Shown in pieces: positions 25,001 through 35,600 of a DNA stretch of 64,000 nt. The notes under the pieces were generated by a model. It saw only the letters and a list, made by a program, of their open reading frames with translations, was not told the DNA's origin and ran no database searches. Within the stretch, counting starts at the first letter, position 1. Each line of letters begins with the position of its first letter. The translations under genes and the position numbers were made by a program. This stretch comes from Antedon mediterranea (Eukaryota > Animalia > Echinodermata), in the NCBI RefSeq assembly GCF_964355755.1, contig NC_092675.1, positions 26,322,912 to 26,386,911 of the forward strand. Direction: 5' to 3'.

Positions 25001-26960
25001 GAAGGATAAGAAGGTCTAGGTTTAAGTGGTGAAGTGTTTTCATCAAAGCTTTCATATTATAGGTATATACCGTATATAAGTAATTTGCACATTCTTACTG
25101 CATGTGGAATTTTGAAATGATAAAATGGTTAAAAAGAAAAAAAAAATTTCTAATTTTGTTAATGGATCATTAAACACAAATGTTGTTAAATGATAATGTA
25201 TGTATAAAAAAAAATAATAGAATAAATAATAAGTAAAAAAAAATAATTGAATGAACCCACATAGGAAAAAAAAAAGTTAAATGAAACTTTGATGGGTTAT
25301 AGGCCTACTGTAGATGCAAAAAAGGATAATCTGTTGGAAATAAATTTTGTAAACATTTAAAGAAAAAAATAAATCAATGTTAAAGGATGAGGAAAATATA
25401 ATGTTAACAGTAAAAAGTTAGTAAGTAATTAGTATAACAGAGAATAAGCATTGTTTAAATGAAAATATGTTTGCATAGATAAATCCAAAGAAAAATAAAA
25501 TGGGACAAACCCATGGGATGGATTTATTAAACATAAAAGTATTATAATTGTATGAAATAAATATGCATGTAGATGAAAAAAAAACAAAACAACTATGTAA
25601 GAAAAAAATAAGCTTTGTTAATGAAAATGTGTTATAGATAATATGTATAAAAAGAGGAAACTATGTAATCAATGTGGTTAAATGATAATGTATGTATAAA
25701 CAAAATAATATATGGAAATATTTTTTTTTTTTTTTTTTTTTTTTTTTGTGAAGAAAATAAGAAAAAAAAAAGTGGAATGAATCCACATAAGAGAAGAAAG
25801 TAAAAAAGTTAAATGAAAATTTAAGAAGTTATAGATGCAAAAAAGGATCTGCTGGAAATAAAAGTTTTGTAAACATTAAAGAACAAAAATATTAATATTA
25901 AGGTTAAAGAATGAGAACAATATTATGTTAACAGTAAACATCTAGTAAGTAATGAGTATAACAGAGAATATGCATTGTTAAATGAAAATGTGGTAGAGGA
26001 AAAAATCAAAAACAACTATGTAAGAAAAAAATAAGCTTGTTAATGAAAATGTGTTACAGATAATATGTTTAAAAAGAGGAAGCTATGTAATCAATGTGAT
26101 AATATGTAAACAAATGAATAAAACTCTTTAAATAAGTATATGTATACAGATGATTAAACAAACATTGTAAATATAATGATATGTATAGTGTATAGTGAAA
26201 AATATATGTAAAGAGAACAGTGGTATGGAAATAAAAGTGGGATGAACCCACATGAGATAAAAATAAAAAAAAAAAAAAACATTATAGTAAACTAATGACC
26301 AACTACTGAACCACAAATTAGTTGATTTTAAGGCCATAATATATTGAGAACTGTACTACTTAAATGAAATTCAGTTGAGCAAATTTACCAAAACCAAACC
26401 AAAAAATATAAAATATTCATTTAATATATTGAATTATAGAAATGGTATTGGGCGAACTGGAGTATATTGTACAGTTACAGAAGTATTGGATAAAATGAAA
26501 CAGGATGACGTCATCGATGTTTTCCAATGTTTGAAACGGCTTCGTGGAAATCGACCAGGGCTGGTAACAAATTTAGTAAGTTCAAAAAAATAACAATACA
26601 GTATTCTACGTATGTTTTTTGTTCTTGGTGAGATGAAATTGCATGTAAAACCACGTCAATAACAAATTATTTTTACTCGGTATAAACTTTTAATATTAAT
26701 TTACTATATTTTAATATTTTGTATTATTCAATTTAATATATTGTGCGTACAGTAAAGTAAAAAATGACCACCGTCAATAATATGTAAGCATCGTGGAACC
26801 ACATATAACAGTGACAATAATAAATCGTAATCGTTATTGAATATTTACAGAGGTTCGTTTTTTTTTATTCTTTATTTTATTTTTTTGTCAGAAACAATAT
26901 TCTCTGTGTTATGATCTAGTGGGAGCCTACCTTGAGCGATTTGCAACGTATTCTAACTGA
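1014..26960 (+). CDS. Tie-like-ectodomain receptor-type protein tyrosine phosphatase, paralog 1 (SP-Ig-Ig-EGFx4-Ig-FN3-TM-PTP D1-PTP D2), ~1249 aa, 27 coding exons
   Basis: Manually spliced GT-AG exons: 1014-1062, 1495-1785, 2391-2642, 3260-3394, 14089-14238, 14448-14588, 14814-14942, 15143-15421, 15632-15940, 16424-16505, 16677-16738, 17204-17424, 17670-17757, 17956-18032, 18585-18621, 18730-18827, 18951-19073, 19463-19614, 19973-20108, 20218-20367, 20554-20653, 20763-20827, 22110-22244, 22993-23124, 23343-23494, 26440-26575, 26892-26960 (sum 3750 nt, phases compatible). Signal peptide [17 protein letters not shown]; Tie-like [42 protein letters not shown] and [11 protein letters not shown]; [24 protein letters not shown]; D1 motifs [40 protein letters not shown]; D2 VHCINGIGRTG; ends FATYSN*. 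Confidence 0.9.
2727..2845 (-). mobile_element. L2-group LINE extreme 3' fragment
   Basis: Minus strand reads [10 protein letters not shown], then CAGCGCCATGAG...TGGCGCTATATAAAT stem-loop and an (ATTG)n tail, typical of an L2-type 3' end. Confidence 0.7.
4381..7070 (-). mobile_element. 5'-truncated non-LTR retrotransposon (CR1/L2 group, Daphne/Crack-like); ORF2 broken by two frameshifts
   Basis: ORF 6111-7058 is an AP endonuclease (SESW, GGGVA, GDFN, LDL, SDH). ORF 4621-6147 is RT ([21 protein letters not shown]). After a second frameshift the C-terminus continues LDQRRE...[20 protein letters not shown] to 4418. (AAT)n tail at 4381-4410. Confidence 0.9.
7648..10716 (-). CDS. LINE ORF2: AP endonuclease + reverse transcriptase (1022 aa)
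   Basis: VLNARS, VSETWL, GGGVG, NIYRPP, GDFN, LDL, SDH (APE); [73 protein letters not shown] (L2-type RT and C-terminus). Confidence 0.95.
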   Translation of the reverse strand: MESVPGHSPPTAKGHSAISTHFSKLKLCVLNARSTQRKASRKGVEQVSGNGETSTKSTGKHRSIEKEHLNFGVLNARSLRNKCDEFVDLVVSYNLDVVAVSETWLRPDDDLVIGDLTPLGYRFVHVPRVDKTGGGVGIMSKSSLVVNLKTDVHTYASFEAIHVHITSNSKSLRLVNIYRPPTLSVTEFLNDFEKMLFDFILFSSEIVFCGDFNIHMDNKKNVAADRFKTLLRSFGLQQHINEPTHCSGHCLDLIITRDDLLLSDVKIHPGLSDHFAIFCKFDLKRPTTHKTVRKSRNLKQIDIDKFTNDIKACVSNITDVSVILEDSVESYSDLRAVLDLHAPVQNKTIRQKEAKPWYTDEIRSERKVRRQLERKWMKSKLLKDRQEYCVQRCVVNGLIEKAKTRYYSSLVSDCTGDQKKLFNIVNKLLHHSKSSVLPSSVSDEALAERFSVFFVNKIKSIRDSLENENTGEVITASDKCNISYGLTRSIRFSQFEPASDEEILKIVKNSPSKSCALDPVPTSLIKKCTSAFIPLITHIVNKSLESGSFPESLKVTHVRPTLKKTGLDPEILKNYRPISNLSFLEKIIEKVVSKRILSHVQKHGLLDPYQSAYKAHHSTETALLRVNNDILRGMDDGKLTALVLLDLSAAFDTVDHSVLLNRLSTYIGIEGNALDWCRSYLEKRPQHVCIGDAISKASFLNFSVPQGSVLGPQWFTIYLHPIRDIISKYDLCYHVYADDTQIYISFKPTMKHSDISLELLQHCIYELRVWMKNNFLKLNDEKTEFVLFGSKQQLEKLPPSFIHIGETQIDPAMQVRNLGVEMDVGMTMISHISKTISASSFHLQNIRRVRKFINETAAKQLVHAFVTSRLDMGNSLLYGLPQKQLHRLQLIQNTAARVVKKLPRYGHISNTLEILHWLPVRYRIVFKILLFVFKSINGMAPEYISDMLRLYVPGRNLRSSDSLLLHQPRSHHSWGDRAFSVTAPRLWNALPSSIRFCKTVDTFKKLLKTHLFIKAYGNHEFS
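10662..12299 (-). CDS. LINE ORF1: coiled coil + SGNH/GDSL esterase-like domain (545 aa)
   Basis: Heptad-rich E/K/L region (~aa 90-210), then [18 protein letters not shown] and DGTHLN, matching the SGNH blocks of CR1/L2 ORF1 esterases. Overlaps ORF2 by 55 nt. Confidence 0.88.
   Translation of the reverse strand: MADKKQKKKNEKKKIYKCQANTNGIHMEKEMERIDISDSPPTLTKMDSKPNSQTACSPPTLLRICDEFPSINEQHPGTFDKRFNNIIVNYMEENYELKLQIVRTENENLRTENKSLKSEVESLKQRRLKIHCPKKNDDISKIRADIDKSNERMKKLEKENKNLKLDFESWRLWEKRTMNKEEQIKTLRQQVTETERSLSIAKDEIYELKRTQIAIDTSDFELQRRTRKQIMESHTSSTTTQTRKVSSNTNDSITQTEQLIDNLFEELTNRQPSSTPSKLTKSKSSASAAYQDQLSQYRNKHKQIHPDTALDKKILIIGDSMIKQFKPKRLSRSTNLNVICQTMRGAKIDDIAHKAAVLSTEHNVDRIILHAGTNNSSDDPATIAVKISSLGESLQPRRVTISSIIHRKHESLTESKRINDANDKIRAVARQRNWGFIDNSCIMSKHLSSDGTHLNQIGVGSFAKNVINHINGNSCDESLSVPVPDIHKPQSSIFHRANMYQRQTEANRPLENHQFLQIKPHRDQIHQEWSQYLDTVRRLQKDTAP
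18254..18295 (+). ncRNA. Degenerate Penelope-type minimal hammerhead ribozyme motif (TTGAGAA core variant)
   Basis: acact-TTGAGAA-agCCAACT gat AGTTGGt-GAA-ACGT-C-aggt: stem II hairpin plus GAAACGTC palindromic stem III; non-canonical core. Confidence 0.4.
21229..22046. mobile_element. HINE/DINE-like (Helentron-associated) non-autonomous element with (GACA/GACC)n microsatellites
   Basis: Left end aacaag...agtcgcgtg; right end hairpin agtcgc-ttccac-gcgact followed by aaaaa. Internal duplicated block gcatagtgataccggaccgac(agac)n..catagtgaactata at ~21265-21350 and ~21921-22022. Confidence 0.65.
22483..22800 (-). mobile_element. Probable retroelement 3' UTR/tail remnant
   Basis: (TCAAA)n-like tail on the minus strand at ~22480-22495, a T-rich 3' UTR and a short structured segment (ggacccc...ggaaataag...gggctatcc). 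No coding part seen. Confidence 0.35.
23596..26279 (+). mobile_element. 5'-truncated L1/Tx1-clade LINE with long, internally duplicated 3' UTR and poly(A)
   Basis: ORF 23629-24792 has GGLKM...VKW.RRL..KWK and zf-RVT/CCHC motifs ([20 protein letters not shown]...HMLVEC). AATAAA plus poly(A) at ~26260-26279. Flanked by an exact 81-bp direct repeat (23515-23595 = 26278-26358). Confidence 0.85.
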
Positions 26961-27392
26961 TGACGTTTCGTTACACTAACCTACATTGAAGACATCCATT
27001 TTGAACATTGCTTTACCACATTAAAAAAAGGCTACAACGAAATAATAAATGAAATTCCAATGTCTAGTTGATCAATATAATTATAATATAATAAGCAGTT
27101 TTGATCACGTGAATATCAAAACACGAAGTTCGATTTTTTCTTTTTTCTATTTTGTGGTTTACCACCACTTTTGTTTATTCATCATTCGGATTTTCCATAG
27201 ATATTAGTTTCTGATGTTGTTGTTTTAATGTATTCGTTAAATAAAATAATTATAGAATTCATGAAGAGTCCCAATTTTTATAAATAGATTTTGGTATAAT
27301 TATGTTTCCGCTAATATACACATATTATTATGCTCTACTTTCAGTCCAATTTAAATCAATTTAATCACTTATCAATATTTGTTCACAGTAAT

Positions 27393-27500
27393 GTAGCTGT
27401 AGATTTGTGGTTAACTTGCTTGCCGATCCAATCCCTAGGTCCAGGTTTCAATCCTGACCTAGTGCCAGGGTTGCACTCTTTTAACTCCACTCTCTAATCC
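27393..27500 (+). mobile_element. Degenerate tRNA-derived SINE
   Basis: Decayed A box (ttgtggtta) and B box (ggtttcaatcct), followed by aactccactctc, a body motif shared with the SINE at 32833. Confidence 0.5.
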
Positions 27501-27927
27501 TAAAATGAGACTTAGTTTATAAGCATGATCAATTATAAAATAGTTTATCCATCCTATAATTGGCGAGTAATTCGCTGTTGGATATGTATGAAATAAACTT
27601 TAAAAAAATATGAAATCTTTGGTTGCCCACATTCATTTACATAATCTTTAAGATTTGAAAATTACAAATGACATAATTAACTGAGGCGGTATTGTAAACA
27701 AAAAAATAGGCGGAACAATTAATTAATAAATTTGTTAATATATTTGTTACTAACAAACAACTGAGAAATTAATCTATATTATGCTAATTATTGGACTTTG
27801 GTATCTGAGTAACATTTCTATTATTTGCATGGCTATATTTAGTACATATATTGTTTTGGTTTGCATGGCGAAATCGAATGTTGATATAAGTTTGCGGTAC
27901 ACCACATATATTAGTTCTGTGGAGTTT

Positions 27928-27967
27928 CTCGACGTTTCGATCAATATGCTTTGATCGTCCTTAGGAG
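27928..27967 (-). ncRNA. Penelope-type minimal hammerhead ribozyme motif, mutated core (CUAAGGA)
   Basis: Minus strand: CTC-CTAAGGA-C-GATCAA agcata TTGATC-GAA-ACGT-C-GAG. Stems I and II are intact; the core deviates from CUGANGA. Confidence 0.5.
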
Positions 27968-29655
27968 TTAGAATGTATTTAGTACACTAATTTAGATAAG
28001 AAATTATATTATAATACAGTAATACAGCAAATATATACAAGTAATAGAGTAGGCTCGCATTGGATTAGGACAATGCAGTGATGTAAAAAAAAGTAAAATA
28101 TGCAGGTTACGTGTTTATCATCAAATTATTATAATCAAAATTATGTTTAAAATCAGACCAGCTGTCATTTTAGAACGTTAAATTATTAATAAAACGCTAT
28201 GATAAAGTGTATATGATAATCACTTTACATTTTACAACATGTATAATTTAGATAATTTTCAGGGCTCTGAATTGTAGGCTATTATGTGCCGGATGTGAAA
28301 ACGTAAATAAAGAATAAATGTAAACATTTCTTTTAACAAAACAATATTGAAATAAAAACTCTAGATGGTCATTTCAGTCTAATTAGTTGGTATCTAAGTA
28401 TTAGTTTGTTAAAATGTGTACGAACCAGATAAAATGTTCAATCATTGTAAAAAATGAATTTTCTGTGATAATTTCTTTCTTTTGTAGACGATAAATGAGT
28501 ATTTATATTTCTGTTTATGCCTTTTTATATTCTTTTTTTTATTATCTTTGATGCAATCAAACCATGTTTCGTTTCACAGAACGGACAACGGCGCCGTTCA
28601 ATGCGATGTTGGCAATGTTTGTATAAAATATTTCCTCATTACAATTTAGTTAGACATCGGACTACGGATAGGATTAATTACTTCCTCATCACATTTTAGA
28701 TAGACATCAGGTTTACGGATGGTTTGATGCACCCTAAGCTCAACTCAGTAAGTATGACGATTGTAGTGTTACAGCCATGTGTCTGGTTGTGTATATTTTA
28801 GATGCTTAGGCTACACACAGTGCTGACATTTTTGTTTACAAGACTTTCCAGAAAGTCCGTTTAACTAGGGCACGGTAGTGTTGGAATTTGTAGGTAATAA
28901 AGTTGATGTTACGCATGACTAAGCAAATTTACAATGATGACTGAATGACGGTTATTTAAAGGAATAAAGAAATTTGTTTCTGCAGCAGCAGCACGACATA
29001 CTCTATTGTGTTGTATTGTATGGATTTAAACAGGGTAAATAATAATTATTATAAGTACTTCCTTATTCCATGTTAGCATATTGAAAGTTACAGCAGACAT
29101 ACGTTGGCTTGATCAATGTGTTTCCATCTTTCGTAAGTAGTATTATGCCTATTTTGTTGTTATTCCTGCATACGTAGACCAGTCCTTCGCGTGTTTACTT
29201 ATCTCTGCTTAGGTATACTCAAACTGACTTAATTTTACATGAAAAATTACCTACTATGTCTTCAACTTTCTATTGACACTATACAATGCTTTCTGTATGG
29301 AGAACCAGCTTAGGTAGGCTTATAACTGCAGTAACATTTGACATGGACTGAAACTTCTACTCATAACGAAATATCTACTAGATTCTTTAAAGTGCACATG
29401 TCGTTTTTCTGAGAAGAATTGTTCCACCAGCTGAAGTAAGAACGAGGAAGGAGCACCGTGCAAGGAGAGCCTCGAACATGTACCGATCCATGGCTGTCAC
29501 AATTATCCCTGATTTTAACGGTCGGTCACTCGAATCGTAGAGTCGAAAGGAAATCTCTAAATTCACAAATAGAACTTAACTAATTAAAGATAATTATTTA
29601 GCAAAGGAGAATTTATTTAAAATTTATCAAATGTTTTATTTTATAACAGAAAAAC

Positions 29656-32600
29656 ATGATTTTTACAATTATAACTCTGATTCAAGTTATTGTCTCTTGC
29701 TTGGGTAAGTTAATTTCCAATTTTAATTTCATTTCATTCCTCTTTATTTCGGACTTCATATACATAGAATACACAGTACATCATTAACAAAAGTTACTTA
29801 ACACTAGATGGTACGCTCGCTTCGCTCGCGTACCATCTAGGTCGTGCCCACAGATGGTTCTCGAATACATAATAATTTCAGCGTTAAAAAACTGACAATT
29901 TCAAATGTACGTACAATAATACATGTCGTTTACAGAAACGAATAAATAGACACTGATTTATGTACTCAACTAAAATTAGCACCCTGGGAATTACTTCCGA
30001 AAGAGAAACTTGTCACAAAATGAGATCAATTGTTGGTTTTCAATTGTTTCTTAGAGCCAATTCATACTTAAGTTGGTTCCTACCCTACCCACCAAAGTTG
30101 TTTTGCGTTTAGGGAATATGATGCACCGTTGGCCTATCAGGCTCTACTATGGCTTTACAACGCTACTCATTCCAGTGAGGGAAGGTTGATGATATGGGTG
30201 ATTTAACTGCAATAATAAAGATTTGTACATAATAAATATACTGAAAACGCTAGCACCAGCTCATTATCCGTTTAAAAAAATTATATCCAACCTCTGCAGC
30301 ACAAATGGATCGAATTTCTGTTATGAGTATACAGTACTTTCCTTTACGACGCCTGAGGGAATAGACACTTGTTCCATTCATCGCAAATCAATACATTTGT
30401 ATAAACGTATATTAAATCTATCAAAATAGTATTTTTTAAAGAAAATCGGCCTGTCTTCAACATCATGATATTGTACTCGAGCTGTTCAACCGGTTTTCAG
30501 CTATCAAAAACAATTATCGTAGGAGGATATAGGAAAATGCGAAGCCTCCTCGAATTTTTGTGGCGGGTATTTTTCAAGATTGACATCCATTAGACAGTGT
30601 ATACCACGATCGGAAAACACCCCTATTTGGGGCAAATCGTTGAACCTAAATTCGTTTTAATCGTCAATAACTAATTATCTAACTTAATTTAATTAGTAAA
30701 CAGGGTTACATCAGGTGGTTAAAATCAGTACCGAAAGTACGAACCAACTTTATATACCATCGAGTAAAAATTCTAAAAGTAAGGCGCGATTTACCGAATT
30801 TTGCCCTTACGTAAATTTATATATAGAAGCTAGACAACAATTTACATTTAGGTTGACTTAAATATAAAAAAACAAAAGCTCGTTCCATTTTTTATGAAGT
30901 TTCGATTCAGCTAGAAATATTGTTTAGCTTCACTTAATTCTTTATATGAAGTTATAGACCGAATTCCAAATAAGTCAATGGTTCATATCAAAATTTAAAT
31001 ACAAATTAAAATAATGATTATAATAGTATTGGCTTTTATTCTTTGATTTTACATCAACAAATATATAACTATTTCTGCTAATAAAGGACCTATTTTTAAT
31101 TTCTCTACAGAGTTAAACCCATCCCTACATTCATTTCTGTATTGCTTTCTATGAAACGTTTACTACAATTAACACTTGAATTTCTAAACAAAACGGAATA
31201 TCATTTTAGTATTTATTTTTTGTGTGATTGCAAACATTATAAACATTATTTAAATACAGATCAATACATATATTTTGAGTGCTTTATGATTATTTGTGAT
31301 ACATGTTTTCTCACAGGAAATGATGGATATATAACAGTTTTGAATGTTAATCCACAAAGCAACAGTGACAAATATTACCAATGTTACACACCTAGTACAT
31401 TTACTGGTTATAGTTTGAGTTACGGTAGATCTTTTGAAGTCAGAAGTGGGGAAAGTTTAGATGAAACATCGTGGGACGTGCCGCGTGGTGTTCGTAGATA
31501 TGTTGTAGAAGATCCAGTAGGCATGGGAGTGTATTATTGCAAGATACTGAACAATGGCGCCACCACAGTCGTTCAAACTACTAAAATAAGGAACAATGGT
31601 AAGGCAAGAATGGTCTAATTACATTCAATAATTAATTTAATAACAATCTCTATTTTCAACTAAACAACTCGAATTAATACAAATTTACTATATAAATAGT
31701 ATTAACAATATTGTATAATATCATATGAATGATTAAATTGCCTCCCAAAAAACATGAAAAATGAAGATAAATAAAGTTAGACGTTTTGTAGTTTTCATAA
31801 TGTTAATCACTTCTAAAGAAAAAAAACGAAAAAAAATGTATGTTTTCACTTATAAAAAGTCAAAATAAGCAGTAAATTTAACAGAAAAACCGTTTTCTGA
31901 CAGGCAATTTGACTACATTTTGCTTTAATTCGGGTAAATCCGAAAAATATAATTTTTTAATCAAAGTGAACTAACTATTATTCAACGAAAAAAAATGTTG
32001 TTATAGTGGACTATACTCCATATGTAGCGTAGTTACGTAGTTATGATTATTGTGACTTTATATTACAACAAATGACAAAACTCTATAATAGGCCTACTGC
32101 ATTAAGTTTTTATTTATTACTTTATATAACAGCTCTAATAAAACCGGCAAATTCTAAAAACACAATAACTACAAACGTTGGAGATTCTGTCACAATTACA
32201 TTCGACACAGACGTACAAGATTTAGCGTGGAGAAAAGATGGCTCCCCTAAAATAAATGAGGGGTCGGAGCAAAGTATGACCTTTGACCCAGTACAGACAA
32301 GTAATGCTGGTGTTTACGAGTTGCATGAAAATAGTGAACGAGAAGATCGTAGGCATGCGTTTATCAAGTTGATTGTACGAGGTATATACAGTTACTGAAA
32401 ATACAAGAGTAAATTGTAGACCTACTACCAACGGCAAAATACTGATAATACCCTGATAAATAGTAGGCCTATATACAAATAGTCTCCGTATCTTCATTGA
32501 TACCTCTGACAGTGAGTACAGTATTTGTATACTGTTTTTAGATGATAATGAAATCATAAAATTGTGTGCGATTCTTTTTTTTAGCCTGTCCACGTCACAA

Positions 32601-35600
32601 ATGGGGTCCACCTGATTGCACTGGTGACTGTGAATACTGCTATAATGGAGGCGTATGCGATGATAAAACAGGATTTTGTATCTGTGCACCTGGATTTAGT
32701 GAATCTACATGCGAAAATGGTAATAACACACAACATAACTATCTTGTTGTAAGCTATGACAAGCAAAGCTCATTTAAGAGTTTTGACAAATTGAATCGAA
32801 TTAAGTAAATACTATGAGAAAATTATTAGTACAGTTGTGGCTTGGTGGTTATGATGATTGGCTACCACTCCAAGGGTCCTGGGTTCAAGTCCCGTCACTT
32901 GTCAGGATAAAATTACAACTCCACTCTCAAAGACTTGTAATAATTTGTTTATGTAGACCATCTTGTGTATAATGTTTGTCTTGTGAACATAATGAGGGTC
33001 CTTAATGATAAGCAATTGTTGGATGGATCACTCTCTCAATAAATATGGTACAAAAACTAAATGGCAATGCTATATAGATTACGGATGCTGATATTATAAT
33101 GGAGGTACATCATGATAATTACATTATATTCTTTCTATGATTTCTATTATTTATTGTGACAAGATAAGAAGATTTACATTTTTAATTTGAGTTTGACAAT
33201 ATATTGAATTGAAAATGTGTATGAGAAATTTACGAATACAGTTAAAGACAAGGCTAGATTACTGGTATTATAATATTGTATTCTCGTTATTATTATATAT
33301 TATAATTTCATCATCCACATGTTAGATTTTTATAAAATGTTTGATGTAAATAATATCAAAATCATCAGGCTCTTAATAATCAATAAAGGAATAATACAAT
33401 ATAATAAAAGACAAATACACACAAATTAAAAATATAAAAAATACTTTACAATGTATTATTTTGGTGGAGAAATATTAAGGCAGAATGTACATATTTATTA
33501 GTTTTGCTTTTGTTATTTAGAATGCAATGGCAATAGACATGGTTGGAATTGTGAAAATCGTTGTTCCAAGAGAGGTGGTCTTACTTCATGTAAAAACTAT
33601 CAGTTCTGCTTACCTGATCCATATGGATGTAGCTGTGTTACCGGTTACAAAGGATTGAAATGCAATACAGGTACAGCACTATATTTTATTTAATGGTCAT
33701 AATATATTTTCCATTTTATATTCCAAAACGATTTTTATCTTTATTGTAATTATTATCACATGGACGTTCTAAAATAGAACAAACTTAACTAACAGATACA
33801 ATTATGTGGTATAATTTGTTATATAACTAAACTGTTTTAAACCAAAAAAAACAACATATGTATGGTACACGGGGACACAACCTGCTTTGTTTCCGATATC
33901 CCCCCCCCAAAAAATCATATAATGAACTCAGTATAAAACTTACTCCAAATAACGAGAAGCAAATCATGATTCAACATATAATTAACTCGTTTTCTTTCTT
34001 TTTTCTTTCTTTTTTTTCTTTCTTTTTTTAACCTAAATAATTTGAAAGATTTTAATCTAAATTGTGCGTGCGATAACCTCTCTTTATAGTTAAATCCAAC
34101 GACGTTTACGTGTATTTCTTACAACCACACAACTTATAGTCGAATCCATCAATCTGGGGTGGATCCCAGGAACCGCAGGGGTATATTAGAATAAAAAGTG
34201 TGTTTTGCACATCCCAAATTTACTATGTTTATACGTTTTAGACCTTTTTGTTTTCTATATCGTTATACAAATGCAAATAACATAATTTAAATTAACAGTA
34301 TGTTCAACTGGTACATTTGGTGCAGACTGTGCTCAAACTTGTCATTGCAAACAAGGTGGTTGTAATCGATATACAGGAAGATGCACTTATAATCAAGACT
34401 CGTCTTGTGTGGACCCATGGACGGGATCTAACTGCCAAAGTAAGACCATGCTAACGGGGCCGGCAACTTGGGTTCTTACTCGATATAACTCACTATTCAA
34501 CTTCCCATTTTCCAATAATAACTTACCGATATATAATTATAAAAACATCACTAGATGTTTAGTTTCCTCAATACTATGTATACTTTGTAAAAGCTGAAAT
34601 TTTGTAAACTTTAAGTAAACCTGCACGTGCTTCTCCTAACGCTTTCCCTCTTCAAATTCTTCAAATGTTACTCCTAGTTCTGATGCTATAATCTCAATAT
34701 AAAATATCAATGCATTGTTTAAAATAATAATAATAATAATCAATGCTTTCAGGATGTCAGTCTAGTTTATATGGAGAAAATTGTGATATGGAATGTAATA
34801 AGCCATGCGAATGTCACAGGATGACTGGAAGGTGCATAAAAGGGACGTGTTTTTCTAGTTGGCTTGAACCTTACTGTGAAGTTAGTAAGTGAATTTTGCA
34901 TTGTCAATCACCAAATGGAAAACATCAAGGAAATAATGTTGAAAACACGCTGAGATTTAATTCAACAAATTAATTTAAGCCTAATATAAATTAGAAAAAT
35001 ACGAGAAAAAATAGTAGGCATACAAACAAAGCTTATGTGTTCCTTAAACATGTTACAGAATGTAACAATTGATATTATTACTGGATGTAACACAAGTCGT
35101 GTGTTAAGCAAAAAAATTATATAAATGAAAATGTATGTTTTATTCACAGAAATTGTTAATACCACATTTACTCCAGCAAATAATGGCCAGAAAACAAATG
35201 TTTCTTGTTCAGTTTATCAGACTGGTTCGGGCGAGGTTCAAACAATGATTAGGGTGACAAAGAATGACGTCATAACAAATATCACAACACCATTGGAAAC
35301 TCTACAAGATGGAAACAATACAACCAAGCATACCTTTTCTGTGATATCTGACGTTGATTCAACGTACAAATGTGTAATTGTACAAAACCATTTTACAGCT
35401 GAAAGTGCCATCCTCTTTGACATATTTCGTAAGTATGATAGATAAAATTCTTCGGTACTTAATCACAATGGACTATTTTGTGTGTAAAACGCTTATAAAC
35501 ATTTATATTAGGCGCTATTATTATATAAATACAACTACTATTATTATTATAAATTTAAGTAAAAAAAAAAGTAAAGGTGAGTCCCGTGTTCTCTGAACGT

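Noticed and set aside
28520-29550. Slightly GC-richer intergenic stretch before paralog 2 that might be coding or TE-derived
   Set aside because: No ORF or motif I could recognise on either strand, so it is left unannotated.
32833-32905. Possible genuine tRNA genes (also 35735-35805 and 60802-60874)
   Set aside because: A and B boxes are present but I could not build full cloverleafs. They continue into SINE bodies, TSDs or inverted repeats.
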